From positions 45,895 through 109,894 of the forward strand of contig DOSG01000008.1 of assembly GCA_003514055.1 (NCBI GenBank): a DNA stretch of 64,000 nucleotides, written 5' to 3'. Both the position numbers and the translations under genes were made by a program. Below, one piece after another: positions 38,668 to 47,665 of the stretch. The notes under the pieces are model-generated. The model had not been told where the DNA came from, did no database searches, and saw only the letters and a program-made list of their open reading frames with translations. Origin of the DNA: Candidatus Yanofskybacteria bacterium (lineage in GTDB: Bacteria; Patescibacteriota; Minisyncoccia; 2-02-FULL-40-12; GWA2-44-9). Numbering within the stretch: the stretch's first letter is position 1; the number at the start of each line of letters is the position of its first letter.

Positions 38668-38740
38668 GGGCGCCTGAAGGGAATCGAACCCTCGTGACCG
38701 CTTCCACAGAGCGGCGTTCTACCATTGAACTACAGGCGCC
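38668..38740 (-). tRNA. tRNA-His (GUG)
   Basis: Cloverleaf GGCGCCTG...CAGGCGCC; anticodon arm CCGCT-CTGTGGA-AGCGG; T-loop TTCGATT; encoded G-1. Confidence 0.96.
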
Positions 38741-38766
38741 ATAACAACCCGAAAATTATACCACGA

Positions 38767-39615
38767 TTACTGCCGATTCGTAAAATCAACCGCGTCAATA
38801 AGCTCATGAAATCCTTTATCTCCAGAGAAAGACGTGCTCGAGTCTATCTTTTTTCTGAGAGCTACAATCGCCTGCTCATGGGTCATATGGCCTCTCCTTC
38901 TAAAAGCATCGTATACATCCAATACGCAAATTAATTTCTCGGGCCTATCGAATGATAAATTTTCGCCAAAATATTTTGTAAATCTTCCGTCGGCGGCGAT
39001 AATACCTTCGGGATTAATACCCTGAATAAAGTGATGACTTGCTGCGGCGACGACTGCTTCTGCCGGAACCCCATCGCCGCTTATTATCTGGAGTGTCCAC
39101 TCGGCATGCATATCCCAGAATTTTCTCATCACCATTTCTGGATCTAATCCCATACTCACGTAGACACCAACTCTCTCTGTATGATCATCTGGAAAATATT
39201 TTTCTAGATATTTTGCCACAGAAAGCTTATCTTCGCCACCACCCCAATCCTTACTGTCGATTGAGTATATAGTCGCGATCATCTTTTGCTGCTCGAAATT
39301 TGCTACCCTTGGTCCAGTTTTACCGACGTCCGAAAAAGTCGTACCGATAATTACTGTTTTTTGCTCTCGTTCGGTCCACCGTTCCTCTGGTCTATTATTC
39401 TCATACCAAGCGAACACAGCCCTGGCTAAGTGAATGGCGTTATGCTCGTCTTCGACGGTTTTAGTTAATTCCGCTAATAAGATCAAGCGACTAACAATAT
39501 CCGGCCTTATCTTCGCTATATCTAGGCCAACCTCTGTAAGTAAAAAACGCATCCTCTCATATCCTTCAGGATTAGTAATAGATTCTTGGTTATTAATAGT
39601 ATTTTGCTCCACCAT
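38767..39615 (-). CDS. HD/HD-GYP-like domain protein with a variant motif
   Basis: FSDVGK (SD in place of HD), H, SHH, LDVYDAFRRR. Confidence 0.6.
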   Translation of the reverse strand: MVEQNTINNQESITNPEGYERMRFLLTEVGLDIAKIRPDIVSRLILLAELTKTVEDEHNAIHLARAVFAWYENNRPEERWTEREQKTVIIGTTFSDVGKTGPRVANFEQQKMIATIYSIDSKDWGGGEDKLSVAKYLEKYFPDDHTERVGVYVSMGLDPEMVMRKFWDMHAEWTLQIISGDGVPAEAVVAAASHHFIQGINPEGIIAADGRFTKYFGENLSFDRPEKLICVLDVYDAFRRRGHMTHEQAIVALRKKIDSSTSFSGDKGFHELIDAVDFTNRQ

Positions 39616-39630
39616 GCTTCCTTATGTAAA

Positions 39631-40122
39631 TTATCGATCTATTTGTGCGAATAATACCACGTAGTTTTTACCATATGCCTTGGCACATTTCGGACAAGTG
39701 GTATACGAGAAATATAAATTCATTATGTCGGAACCCTTAGATTTGATGTAGTCCCTCATCTCCTTGGCCCACTTACCAGCATTTTGATATGGCCCCTCGA
39801 AAACTTTCGTTAGAAATGTTCCTGAAAGCGTAGCCATCTGCGCTCCCGGCACATCTTTAGAAACGTCGACATAAATATCTGCGCCCCAAAGAGATTTCTC
39901 ATCCGTTAACATTAATTGGTGAGACGCCTTAGCGCCCGCCTTTTCAATGAGATCCAAGTTTTTAATAACTCTAGCTCCCATATTAATCGGCATATGTAAA
40001 AAACTAGTAATATGATCTTTCACAAAAAGTTTATCTTTCCAAATTATCTCCTTATTCTGCCAGAGCTCAGGATTAAACGGTTCGCAACATCCAGTCGATT
40101 GTATTGGTTCTTGAGTATCCAT
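39631..40122 (-). CDS. GyrI-like fold protein with terminal Cys motifs
   Basis: CCEPFNP..W, FEGPY, YTTCPKCAKAYGKNYVVL. Confidence 0.7.
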   Translation of the reverse strand: MDTQEPIQSTGCCEPFNPELWQNKEIIWKDKLFVKDHITSFLHMPINMGARVIKNLDLIEKAGAKASHQLMLTDEKSLWGADIYVDVSKDVPGAQMATLSGTFLTKVFEGPYQNAGKWAKEMRDYIKSKGSDIMNLYFSYTTCPKCAKAYGKNYVVLFAQIDR

Positions 40123-40160
40123 ATATTTTCATTATATTTGTTGAGTGCGCAGAAACAACT

Positions 40161-40195
40161 GCCCTGCTCTTCCGTAGCTTTAGCGAAGGAGGGGC
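40161..40195. repeat. REP-like imperfect palindrome
   Basis: GCCCTGCTCTTCCGTAGCTTTAGCGAAGGAGGGGC. Confidence 0.45.
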
Positions 40196-40262
40196 ATACT
40201 CTTATGATTGAATCATGCCAGTATTTGATGAGAAATCCATTACTTACATTGAGCTAACGTTA

Positions 40263-40901
40263 TTAATTTCTTGATTCTAGGTTTGCAACAATCCAGACTC
40301 CCCATCCTGTCAAAGCAACACTTAATACAGCTAGAATTACAACACTGCTAACCAATAAGGTTGACCCACAAAAATAATCATAATTTGGTAATGCTAATAA
40401 GGAAATTACAATAGTCAATACGGCTAAACTTAGACTTAATCCTAAATTATTAATAATTTTTTTCTTATCCAATACCGACATTTTTAGGACATCCCTCTTC
40501 ATTGATAAATAGCCGTAGATTCTATCTGGGTCGGGTCCATAAAAACTATGCCATTCAGAATGTATAACCTCAAGCATCTCTGCTTTATATTTTTCAAAGA
40601 TCTTGCCTTCTAATCCTAATGTTTCACTTCTAGGATCCAGGCGATCTAGGCATTTCTGAAATAAGCTTAGGTAATCGTTGTTTGTTAATGCATCAATCTG
40701 ATGAATCTCCGTTGCATGAATTTCTTTGTCAAGTTGAGATGTGCCTAGAAGTATGAATCTTCTAATTCTAGGATCTTTTCTTATCTCTGTAATCTTACTG
40801 GATAGCATATTAAGATTAACAGCACCAAATGTTGCTACTAGCGCTATCATAGTAGCTAGGGTCTGAGGTATGGCACTTAATGTATAATACCAATATTCCA
40901 T
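40263..40901 (-). CDS. AT-rich hypothetical membrane protein (island cargo)
   Basis: One N-terminal and two C-terminal TMs; lies next to the recombinase remnant. Confidence 0.7.
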   Translation of the reverse strand: MEYWYYTLSAIPQTLATMIALVATFGAVNLNMLSSKITEIRKDPRIRRFILLGTSQLDKEIHATEIHQIDALTNNDYLSLFQKCLDRLDPRSETLGLEGKIFEKYKAEMLEVIHSEWHSFYGPDPDRIYGYLSMKRDVLKMSVLDKKKIINNLGLSLSLAVLTIVISLLALPNYDYFCGSTLLVSSVVILAVLSVALTGWGVWIVANLESRN

Positions 40902-41013
40902 ATTAGAGATTCTTTATTTGATTCATTATGCTCTATTCCATTGGTTTTTCAAGCCAAAGGAGTCATAATAAAAACAACAATCAGGTTGCCTAAATTCATG
41001 ACCTAATTGTGAT

Positions 41014-41156
41014 GAGATTGCAGATCCGATCAACAAACACAGACTTATCATTTCTATGGTGGCAAACCTCGAACTCAATGAAGAGAATCTAATCATTACA
41101 TGGAAAAGGCCGTTCGACTTAATTGCCAAACGGCCTTTTCCTTCAAATGGTCGGGC
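41014..41156 (+). pseudogene. C-terminal remnant of a large serine recombinase ending at an att-like tRNA-Pro 3' copy
   Basis: EIADPINKHRLIISMVANLELNEENLIITWKRPFDLIAKR resembles the tail of CPR tRNA-targeting recombinases; runs into TGGTCGGGC (41148-41156); in-frame stop just upstream. Confidence 0.6.
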
Positions 41157-41267
41157 ACATTCGCGCTGGTGCGCTCAGTATTTCCTCGCTCACGCTCGGT
41201 CACTGCCTCTTGCCCTCATATACGGTAAATTAAAACAGGGTTTTTAACCCTGTTTTAATTTCCGATG

Positions 41268-41338
41268 TCGGGCTGCCGGGATTTGAACCCGGACTAAAAC
41301 GTCCCAAACGTCTCGTGCTACCGTTACACTACAGCCCG
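41268..41338 (-). tRNA. tRNA-Pro (UGG)
   Basis: CGGGCTG...CAGCCCGA; anticodon arm AGACG-TTTGGGA-CGTTT; T-loop TTCAAAT. Confidence 0.96.
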
Positions 41339-41390
41339 TTATTTCTAAATTATCATATCGAAAAAAACATATTTTATCAAATAATGGCAA

Positions 41391-41451
41391 TTGACAATAA
41401 GGGTAATTGTGGCAGAATGGCAATAAAGATCCTTGAAAAAAGGAGCGCCCC
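41391..41451 (+). promoter_or_regulatory. orphan-gene leader: promoter + boxA-like motif + SD
   Basis: TTGACA-N16-CAGAAT (TG extension)...GATCCTTGAAAA AAGGAG. Confidence 0.65.
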
Positions 41452-42522
41452 ATGGATGCCCAGAACAATGCACGAGTCGAAAGAAATCAAAATGGTGGCC
41501 TAGCTTTAATTCCCATGCCAGGATTTGAGAGCCTAGCCCTAGAGACAAAAACTTTAATTGAGAAGAACTATCCCGATAAAGTTGACATTGCCACGCCGAG
41601 AGTTGATCATCATAAAAGCGGTGAACCGTTTATTGAATTACCAAAAGATCATATTGGCGGACACGATTGTTTCCTACTCACGAGCGGTCCAGGCACAGAA
41701 CTCATGCTGGCTCAAACCCAGATAGCCCTGGCCTACCTCGTAGGCAGAAAAGCTAAACGCATAACCTTAGTATCTGGGTATAGTCCCCTTTCTAGGTCAG
41801 ATAAGGATGACGGACTTAAAGTTTTAGCGCTTAATCGCATTATTATTGATATGTTTTGGGCGGCATCATACCAGAAGCTTGAACGCATGATAGTCGCGAA
41901 TCTACATTCCCCGGGCGGAGTTGCCGCTGGACGACCTGGGCTGATCACCGAAATATCTCTAGCGAGAAGGGTTATTAAAAAAGCTATCAAAGACGCAATC
42001 AAACAATTTCCCGATAGAAATATCTGCCTGCTATTCCCAGACGAGAGTGCTTTAAAGAGAGTCGAACGCGAGATCGTAGAGATAGAGAGGGAAATGTCTC
42101 GGACTTTCCACATCATATGCGGTAGAAAAAGAAGGAAAAGCAGCGATGACATAACGTTAGCTGGATTCTCTGGCGATCTGGATAAACTGGATGGGTCAAT
42201 CGTCATATCCGTAGATGACGAGATAGCAACTGGAAATACAAATATCAAAACCGCCAAGGCCTTCAGAAGCTTTAGCGATATCAAGGCCTTTTGGGCCACA
42301 GTCATTCACTTTATCGGCTGCGGAAATTGCGTTAGTGCTCTCGCAGACGTCAACTGTCCCATAGATAGAATCTACGCCACCGACACGATACCCATAGATA
42401 ATAGATACGAGATTACGCCACTAATCGATAGTGGTCGACTGGTAATTCTCCGATGGGCGCGAGATCTGTTCAAGATTATTCGCTACTCTCATTGGGACAT
42501 GTCCATCAGAGAAATACGTTAA
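41452..42522 (+). CDS. divergent ribose-phosphate pyrophosphokinase (PRPP synthetase)-like protein
   Basis: SGE, SRSDK, NLHS, PD, KRR, VDDEIATGNT, TDTIP. Confidence 0.8.
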   Translation: MDAQNNARVERNQNGGLALIPMPGFESLALETKTLIEKNYPDKVDIATPRVDHHKSGEPFIELPKDHIGGHDCFLLTSGPGTELMLAQTQIALAYLVGRKAKRITLVSGYSPLSRSDKDDGLKVLALNRIIIDMFWAASYQKLERMIVANLHSPGGVAAGRPGLITEISLARRVIKKAIKDAIKQFPDRNICLLFPDESALKRVEREIVEIEREMSRTFHIICGRKRRKSSDDITLAGFSGDLDKLDGSIVISVDDEIATGNTNIKTAKAFRSFSDIKAFWATVIHFIGCGNCVSALADVNCPIDRIYATDTIPIDNRYEITPLIDSGRLVILRWARDLFKIIRYSHWDMSIREIR

Positions 42523-42640
42523 TTTCCAAGCGGCCGGAGGCCGCTTTTTTCTTTACTTTTTGGTATTTTTGATCTATAATTACTAAGGGTTACAGAGCCT
42601 AGGATTGTCCAGGGTTAGAAGTTTGTAGTATAATCCCTGT

Positions 42641-42937
42641 ATGCCCTACAAACATAAAGAGGATTTATACAAGGCTCAAAAACGGCATAGGGTCAAGATA
42701 CGAAAAAATCTATTAGACTTTCTAAAGACGAGAGCCTGCACCGATTGTGGCGAAAAAGATTTTAGAGTATTAGATTTTGATCATATCGATCAGAAGAATA
42801 AGCTCAAATCGATATCAAGAATGCGCTCAGGTCATTATTCCTGGGAATCGTTACAGGTGGAAATACATAAATGCGAAGTAAGGTGTGCAAATTGTCATCG
42901 CAAGAAAACGTATTTACAATTAAAAGGAGGTAAATAA
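42641..42937 (+). CDS. HNH endonuclease (phage-type)
   Basis: CTDCG, LDFDH, EIHKCEVRCANCHR. Confidence 0.88.
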   Translation: MPYKHKEDLYKAQKRHRVKIRKNLLDFLKTRACTDCGEKDFRVLDFDHIDQKNKLKSISRMRSGHYSWESLQVEIHKCEVRCANCHRKKTYLQLKGGK

Positions 42938-42941
42938 ATAC

Positions 42942-43016
42942 GCCCCCGTAGCTCAATGGATAGAGCAGAGCTCTTCTAAGGCTTTGATGTGGGTTCGATT
43001 CCTGCCGGGGGTACCA
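42942..43016 (+). tRNA. tRNA-Arg (UCU)
   Basis: GCCCCCG...CGGGGGTACCA; anticodon arm GAGCT-CTTCTAA-GGCTT; followed by a long terminator hairpin. Confidence 0.96.
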
Positions 43017-43163
43017 ACAAAGTATACTAAAACGCGCCTACTTGGCGCGTTTTAGTATACTTATACTTTTTCTAAAATTTCGTTAGTACCCATATTCAGC
43101 ATTGACAAGTGCCATACAAGTGATATTTTACTCTCAGTTCGTTCTGGATTACGGAGGTTAATC

Positions 43164-43355
43164 ATGTCAGAGCAGAAGATTAGAAAGAGGAGATGGGCGC
43201 ATTATTCTAATATCTGCAAGTTTTGTAATGGACATAACTTTTTACTAAATACTTCAAGACTGGTGCTAGAGCAATGCCCACATTGTGATGGTACGGGCTA
43301 TGGAGATCAAGAACCGCCAGACGATGGCACTCCAGGCTCCAGCAATGCCGCATAG
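43164..43355 (+). CDS. small DnaJ-type zinc-finger protein (orphan cassette gene)
   Basis: CKFCNG, CPHCDGTG; TTGACA(43102) promoter, GGAGG SD, terminator. Confidence 0.65.
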   Translation: MSEQKIRKRRWAHYSNICKFCNGHNFLLNTSRLVLEQCPHCDGTGYGDQEPPDDGTPGSSNAA

Positions 43356-43396
43356 ATCATTCGCCGACTGACGTCGGCTTTTTTGATACGCCGAAG

Positions 43397-43451
43397 TTGA
43401 CAAATATCGCCCGCATGGTATTCTAAGTTCACGTTCTTTGAGGAGAGGTCA
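43397..43451 (+). promoter_or_regulatory. orphan-gene leader: promoter + boxA-like motif + SD
   Basis: TTGACA-N16-TATTCT (TG extension)...GTTCTTTGA GGAG. Confidence 0.7.
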
Positions 43452-43655
43452 ATGTGCCAAACAATGCCCGACGCTCCCGAGCCATTGGGGAAATTATTTC
43501 TTCAGGCAGCGAGAGACAGGAATATCGCGCTCTTGAATAGTGTTTTTGGTAGATGTCTTATGTGGGGAAAATACATGCGACAACTCCCAATTCAAGATCA
43601 AAAATGGGTTAGCAAGCACGCAGGGAGAACGAGAGAATCTGGAGTCACTGCCTAA
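43452..43655 (+). CDS. small hypothetical protein (orphan cassette gene)
   Basis: 67-aa ORF with a complete leader. Confidence 0.55.
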   Translation: MCQTMPDAPEPLGKLFLQAARDRNIALLNSVFGRCLMWGKYMRQLPIQDQKWVSKHAGRTRESGVTA

Positions 43656-43815
43656 ACTAGGCAAACTCTTAGAATGTCTTCTAATCTCAACGTTCTAACT
43701 AGAAGGCGATACATTGCGTTGCCCCAGTAGCATGGGGCTTTTTCGTACCTTAAGTCGTCCCAACTTAAAACCCGTCAGCCAATGGCTGACGGGTTTTAAT
43801 ATATGGTAATCATAT

Positions 43816-43944
43816 TTATTCTTGCTTCAGGGCCTCTTCCTTTGCAACCTCTTCCTTCTTACCATCCTCGCATCCACACGTGCAGGTACCATCCTCCTTT
43901 GTGTGCTCATGCATACATTTCAAACATTTTTTTTCGTCTGTCAT
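43816..43944 (-). CDS. 42-aa Cys/His-rich microprotein (not in the ORF track)
   Basis: MTDEKKCLKCMHEHTKEDGTCTCGCEDGKKEEVAKEEALKQE; terminator hairpin at 43765-43799. Confidence 0.65.
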   Translation of the reverse strand: MTDEKKCLKCMHEHTKEDGTCTCGCEDGKKEEVAKEEALKQE

Positions 43945-44100
43945 AGGTATATCACTGATATTACTAGTTAATAGTCGACCCCCTCAAGCATGCTCTTTGC
44001 CGAGGATAATGCAAGCATACTTTGAAATCTCAGGCAAAAATGTTCTAATTGACTAATAAAAAGATTGACTGTAATTAAGACGCATCAATCTATTAAAATT

Positions 44101-44604
44101 ATGCCTAAAAAATTAATCATAAAAATGGCTAGAAACGGCAAGGGCATTTTCGCCGCAAAAGCATTCAAGCAAGGAGAAATAATTGAGACTATCAGCGGGA
44201 AACTCGTACATCACGAAAGGGCGAGCAAGCTTTGGGATGAGAATGCCAGAAAAGCCGAAAACTTATTTCGTTATTGTGGGACAAGATACCTAAGCCCAGA
44301 AGGAGAGCTTGGAGATTATTCAAATCATTCATGCAATCCAAATTCAGGAGTTATAAAAAATAAAGGCAAATTATTCTGGATAGCCATAAATGACATTAAA
44401 CGTGGCCAAGAAACACTTATCGATTACTCAACCATAATTGGTGCCGATGACGCCTGGACCATGAAATGTAACTGCGGAGAGAAGGAGTGTCGTAAAATTA
44501 TAAGAAGCATCGACAAACTACCTAAGAAAATCCTCGATAGATACCTAAAACTAGGCATTATCCCAAGATATATCTTAAACACTATGAAAAAAGCACGCCC
44601 CTAA
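44101..44604 (+). CDS. SET-domain protein-lysine methyltransferase
   Basis: GKGIFA, NHSCNPN, IKRGQETLIDY, post-SET CNCGEKECR. Confidence 0.92.
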   Translation: MPKKLIIKMARNGKGIFAAKAFKQGEIIETISGKLVHHERASKLWDENARKAENLFRYCGTRYLSPEGELGDYSNHSCNPNSGVIKNKGKLFWIAINDIKRGQETLIDYSTIIGADDAWTMKCNCGEKECRKIIRSIDKLPKKILDRYLKLGIIPRYILNTMKKARP

Positions 44605-44656
44605 GTGACGTGCCCGTGCTAATAAAAGAACATTATCGATAGCATACGCTTTCGAT

Positions 44657-45940
44657 CTAGCGCGATCCTCCCGAGATGACATATGTGAAATCATCCCCTT
44701 CTCTTCTAACGCCGGCCCTAGCAAAGGGCGTTTCTACGACTCCATCAGGTCCAGCCGATAAACACATTGAATTGTACGGCCACCTGAGCTCATCATCAAA
44801 GAAGAATATACTGTTAACCATGTACCTATTCCCCCAGGGATCTGGGCCGATAGCAGATAGATAAGCTCCTCTCCAGCCCATACCAATCGATGAGCTATAG
44901 CTTAGTCGCATTACATCTGGATATAGATATGCGTTTTCAATTCTGCCTCTCGGCAGATTCTGAACCAAGTGATTTTCCATTATATCAACCACCAGACTAT
45001 TCTCCGATTCATAGGCCCACCCAATCGTCTTGCGCTTCACCAACATCTGTCTCTCAAGCTTACTCTCGACAATAAATGATGACTGACGATCTGAGACGCT
45101 AAATAGCGCCAGATTTCCACAAGCTTCTGGAACTAGAAATATATATCTGGCCTTAGGAGTCTCGACCTGGAACATGAAGGCATTAAGTGACTCTCCGGAC
45201 CACTGAACATTTTTCAGCAGATCGACGGCGCGATCGTTAACTGCTGCCTTTGGACGATACGCCATCCACAGCATTCTTATCCCAGGATTCATTCTACATT
45301 TAACTATGCCACTTTGAGGCAATATTACCTCGCTACAAGACGTCATAGAGCCCTTCACCTCTTTAGCGTTAGAGATCCTACTAATTACAATCTCTGGGGA
45401 ATCAATCTCGGCCTTAACTAATAGCTCGCGGAAATCTGCCGCATGTTTCTCTGCCGCCGATCTCAAATCAATGTCTGATTTGATTTCTGATGTAAATGCG
45501 GTAGCGCCTCCTAAATGCGTCGCATTTATCCAAGTCATATTCGTTGCTACGATTCGTTGAGAGTAGCTGATTGACTCACGAGATGACATTCGCGTGTAGT
45601 TTGCTTCATATGAATATGATCCATAATCAAAGAGCTGAGCACCCAAGCCACGAGTTCTAATGGCGTTACCTTCGCTAACAAGCAGATTCACACGATTGTT
45701 TCTCGAGCATGGGAGACGACCGTCTAATCTAATACATGGACCCGTATCCACCAACATCCTAGACAACGACACTCCAATTGCCTCACAATCTTCTTTAACC
45801 TTTACAAAACGAGCATCTCGGACGAAATCCATGATCGAAGGAGCCAATACACCAGCCAAAAGCATCAATGTAGCCAATATTATGGTCACTTCGACTAGCG
45901 ATAAGCCATGCTTACCATGACGTAAGCGTTTGTATGTCAC
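44657..45940 (-). CDS. type IV pilin / GspG-like pseudopilin with a large inserted domain
   Basis: Prepilin site HG^LSLVE plus hydrophobic helix; C-terminal WRGAYL..PDPWGNRY..LSAGPDG...GDD; GTG start after AAGGAG. Confidence 0.8.
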   Translation of the reverse strand: MTYKRLRHGKHGLSLVEVTIILATLMLLAGVLAPSIMDFVRDARFVKVKEDCEAIGVSLSRMLVDTGPCIRLDGRLPCSRNNRVNLLVSEGNAIRTRGLGAQLFDYGSYSYEANYTRMSSRESISYSQRIVATNMTWINATHLGGATAFTSEIKSDIDLRSAAEKHAADFRELLVKAEIDSPEIVISRISNAKEVKGSMTSCSEVILPQSGIVKCRMNPGIRMLWMAYRPKAAVNDRAVDLLKNVQWSGESLNAFMFQVETPKARYIFLVPEACGNLALFSVSDRQSSFIVESKLERQMLVKRKTIGWAYESENSLVVDIMENHLVQNLPRGRIENAYLYPDVMRLSYSSSIGMGWRGAYLSAIGPDPWGNRYMVNSIFFFDDELRWPYNSMCLSAGPDGVVETPFARAGVRREGDDFTYVISGGSR

Positions 45941-46069
45941 AAGGGTCTCCTTTTTTGAACGAACGGAACCTAAGGCTAGTGAACCACTTCGTGATAGCAG
46001 TGTCAATAAAAATAAGAAGGCCCGAGAACGTCTCAAGGCAATCAAAAAAGCACGCCCCTTGGGGCGTGC

Positions 46070-47476
46070 CTATGCCGACAGAAGATAGCCGATAACGTCG
46101 GCTACTGTATAAGTATCATCTGGCCCACCCATCAGATGCTCCAAGAAGTTGACGTCATCTCCCAGAGTAGCAATTTCAGGCTCACCAGGGGTGCCTAGAT
46201 CGGCCGTGGCAAGCAAGCCTTGGCAAAGACAAGCCCTGCCTACCGTATCCTCAATCTTCCCGCCTTTGCGGACATACTGATCGACATCTTCAGACGCGCA
46301 AAGATAAATAATCTTTCCATCTTTTTCTACTGGCGTGGCCAAATAACGCAAGGCACAATATCTTGTTCGATTATCATAAACTGCAGAATCAGAAAGAGTT
46401 CCTGGTAATTCGACAACTTTAAATGGGAAGCCCGTTGGAGATACTCTAAAATCAGTTCTAATGCTAAAATTGGTGTCGACTCCAGTAGCTTTCAGGAATC
46501 CTCTTCTTCGAATCTCTCGCCTCAAGCTATCTTTCATACCTGATTGTTGGCTTAGGGCAAATATAGATCCAACTTGTATACCCTTTGCACCAGCCGATAT
46601 CGCCTCGGCTAATCCAGCCGGTGAAGCATATGACCCGCCAATCCAAAATGGTAATCCCAGCTCAACGATTTTCTCAAAATCCACTCTATCTTTTCCGCCA
46701 TACTCTTCGGAGTGCTTTTCTCGCGGCGGAGCATTATGCCCGCCAGCGGTAGGCGTTTCAATAACAAAGCCTTCGATACTCCCCGACGACCTAGTCAACA
46801 TTATCTTAGCCATAAGATTAGAAGAGATAATGGGCAAGAAGACTGGACGCTTTAATGTTCCCAGATCAGCGCCAAAATGCTTCCCGAAGTTGAATAATAT
46901 AGCCTTGTGCCCACCGATAGCATTTGTCACGCTAACCTTATAGATCGCATCCTCGCCGCGAGACAACGCGTCCATGACTCCAGGAATTTGAGTAGGAATC
47001 CCTGCACCCATGGTCACGCAATCAACTCCGGCTATCATAGCACCGGCGAGACTATAAACGTGAGGCATTTGTATTTTCTCAAGATAGTTAATGCTAATCG
47101 GATAATCGTGACCCTCTTTGGCAAGCCAGACAAAAGCGAAACTCGCACACACAAAGAGATTGATAGTTCTCCACGACGGCTTAAAGCTAAGTGGAATTAC
47201 GGTCTTATATTCTGCTCCCTCTGGGATACCACCTTCAACAAAGTAATAATCTACAATATCTTTAACTGCTTCTTGGAATGGAAAGTGGGCCAGAGCCCTT
47301 CGATAGTGCCCGCCAGGATCGCCTTTTTGCAGAATACGAGATAGAATCCTGTCAGCGGCGATACCAGATATAGTGCCAAGGGCCGAGCCCTTAGATACGA
47401 GTGAGACTTCTTTAGCAAGGAAAGGATGGGATATGTAAGCCCCCATGCCTCCTTGAATTATTCGCCAGTCTAGCAT
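46070..47476 (-). CDS. nitronate monooxygenase-like FMN enzyme
   Basis: IIQGGMG, AGGHN, GIQVGSIF, SPTGFPFK motifs. Confidence 0.88.
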   Translation of the reverse strand: MLDWRIIQGGMGAYISHPFLAKEVSLVSKGSALGTISGIAADRILSRILQKGDPGGHYRRALAHFPFQEAVKDIVDYYFVEGGIPEGAEYKTVIPLSFKPSWRTINLFVCASFAFVWLAKEGHDYPISINYLEKIQMPHVYSLAGAMIAGVDCVTMGAGIPTQIPGVMDALSRGEDAIYKVSVTNAIGGHKAILFNFGKHFGADLGTLKRPVFLPIISSNLMAKIMLTRSSGSIEGFVIETPTAGGHNAPPREKHSEEYGGKDRVDFEKIVELGLPFWIGGSYASPAGLAEAISAGAKGIQVGSIFALSQQSGMKDSLRREIRRRGFLKATGVDTNFSIRTDFRVSPTGFPFKVVELPGTLSDSAVYDNRTRYCALRYLATPVEKDGKIIYLCASEDVDQYVRKGGKIEDTVGRACLCQGLLATADLGTPGEPEIATLGDDVNFLEHLMGGPDDTYTVADVIGYLLSA

Positions 47477-47593
47477 TCTCGCCTCTTTTCAAAGACCACG
47501 TTAACTCTATTAAATCATTTGCTCGCAATAAAACAACCCCGCCTAGGCGGGGTTGTTTTATTGGATTGAATGAGTTCATGTCATCACAATTTG

Positions 47594-47665
47594 AGCGGGT
47601 AAGGGGAATCGAACCCCTATTCACAGTTTGGAAAACTGTCGTAATAACCATTATACGATACCCGC
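47594..47665 (-). tRNA. tRNA-Gly (UCC)
   Basis: GCGGGTA...TACCCGCT; anticodon arm ACAGT-TTTCCAA-ACTGT. Confidence 0.96.

Noticed and set aside
41056-41247. 63-aa ORF as an intact gene
   Set aside because: Better explained as a recombinase tail reading through an att-like site
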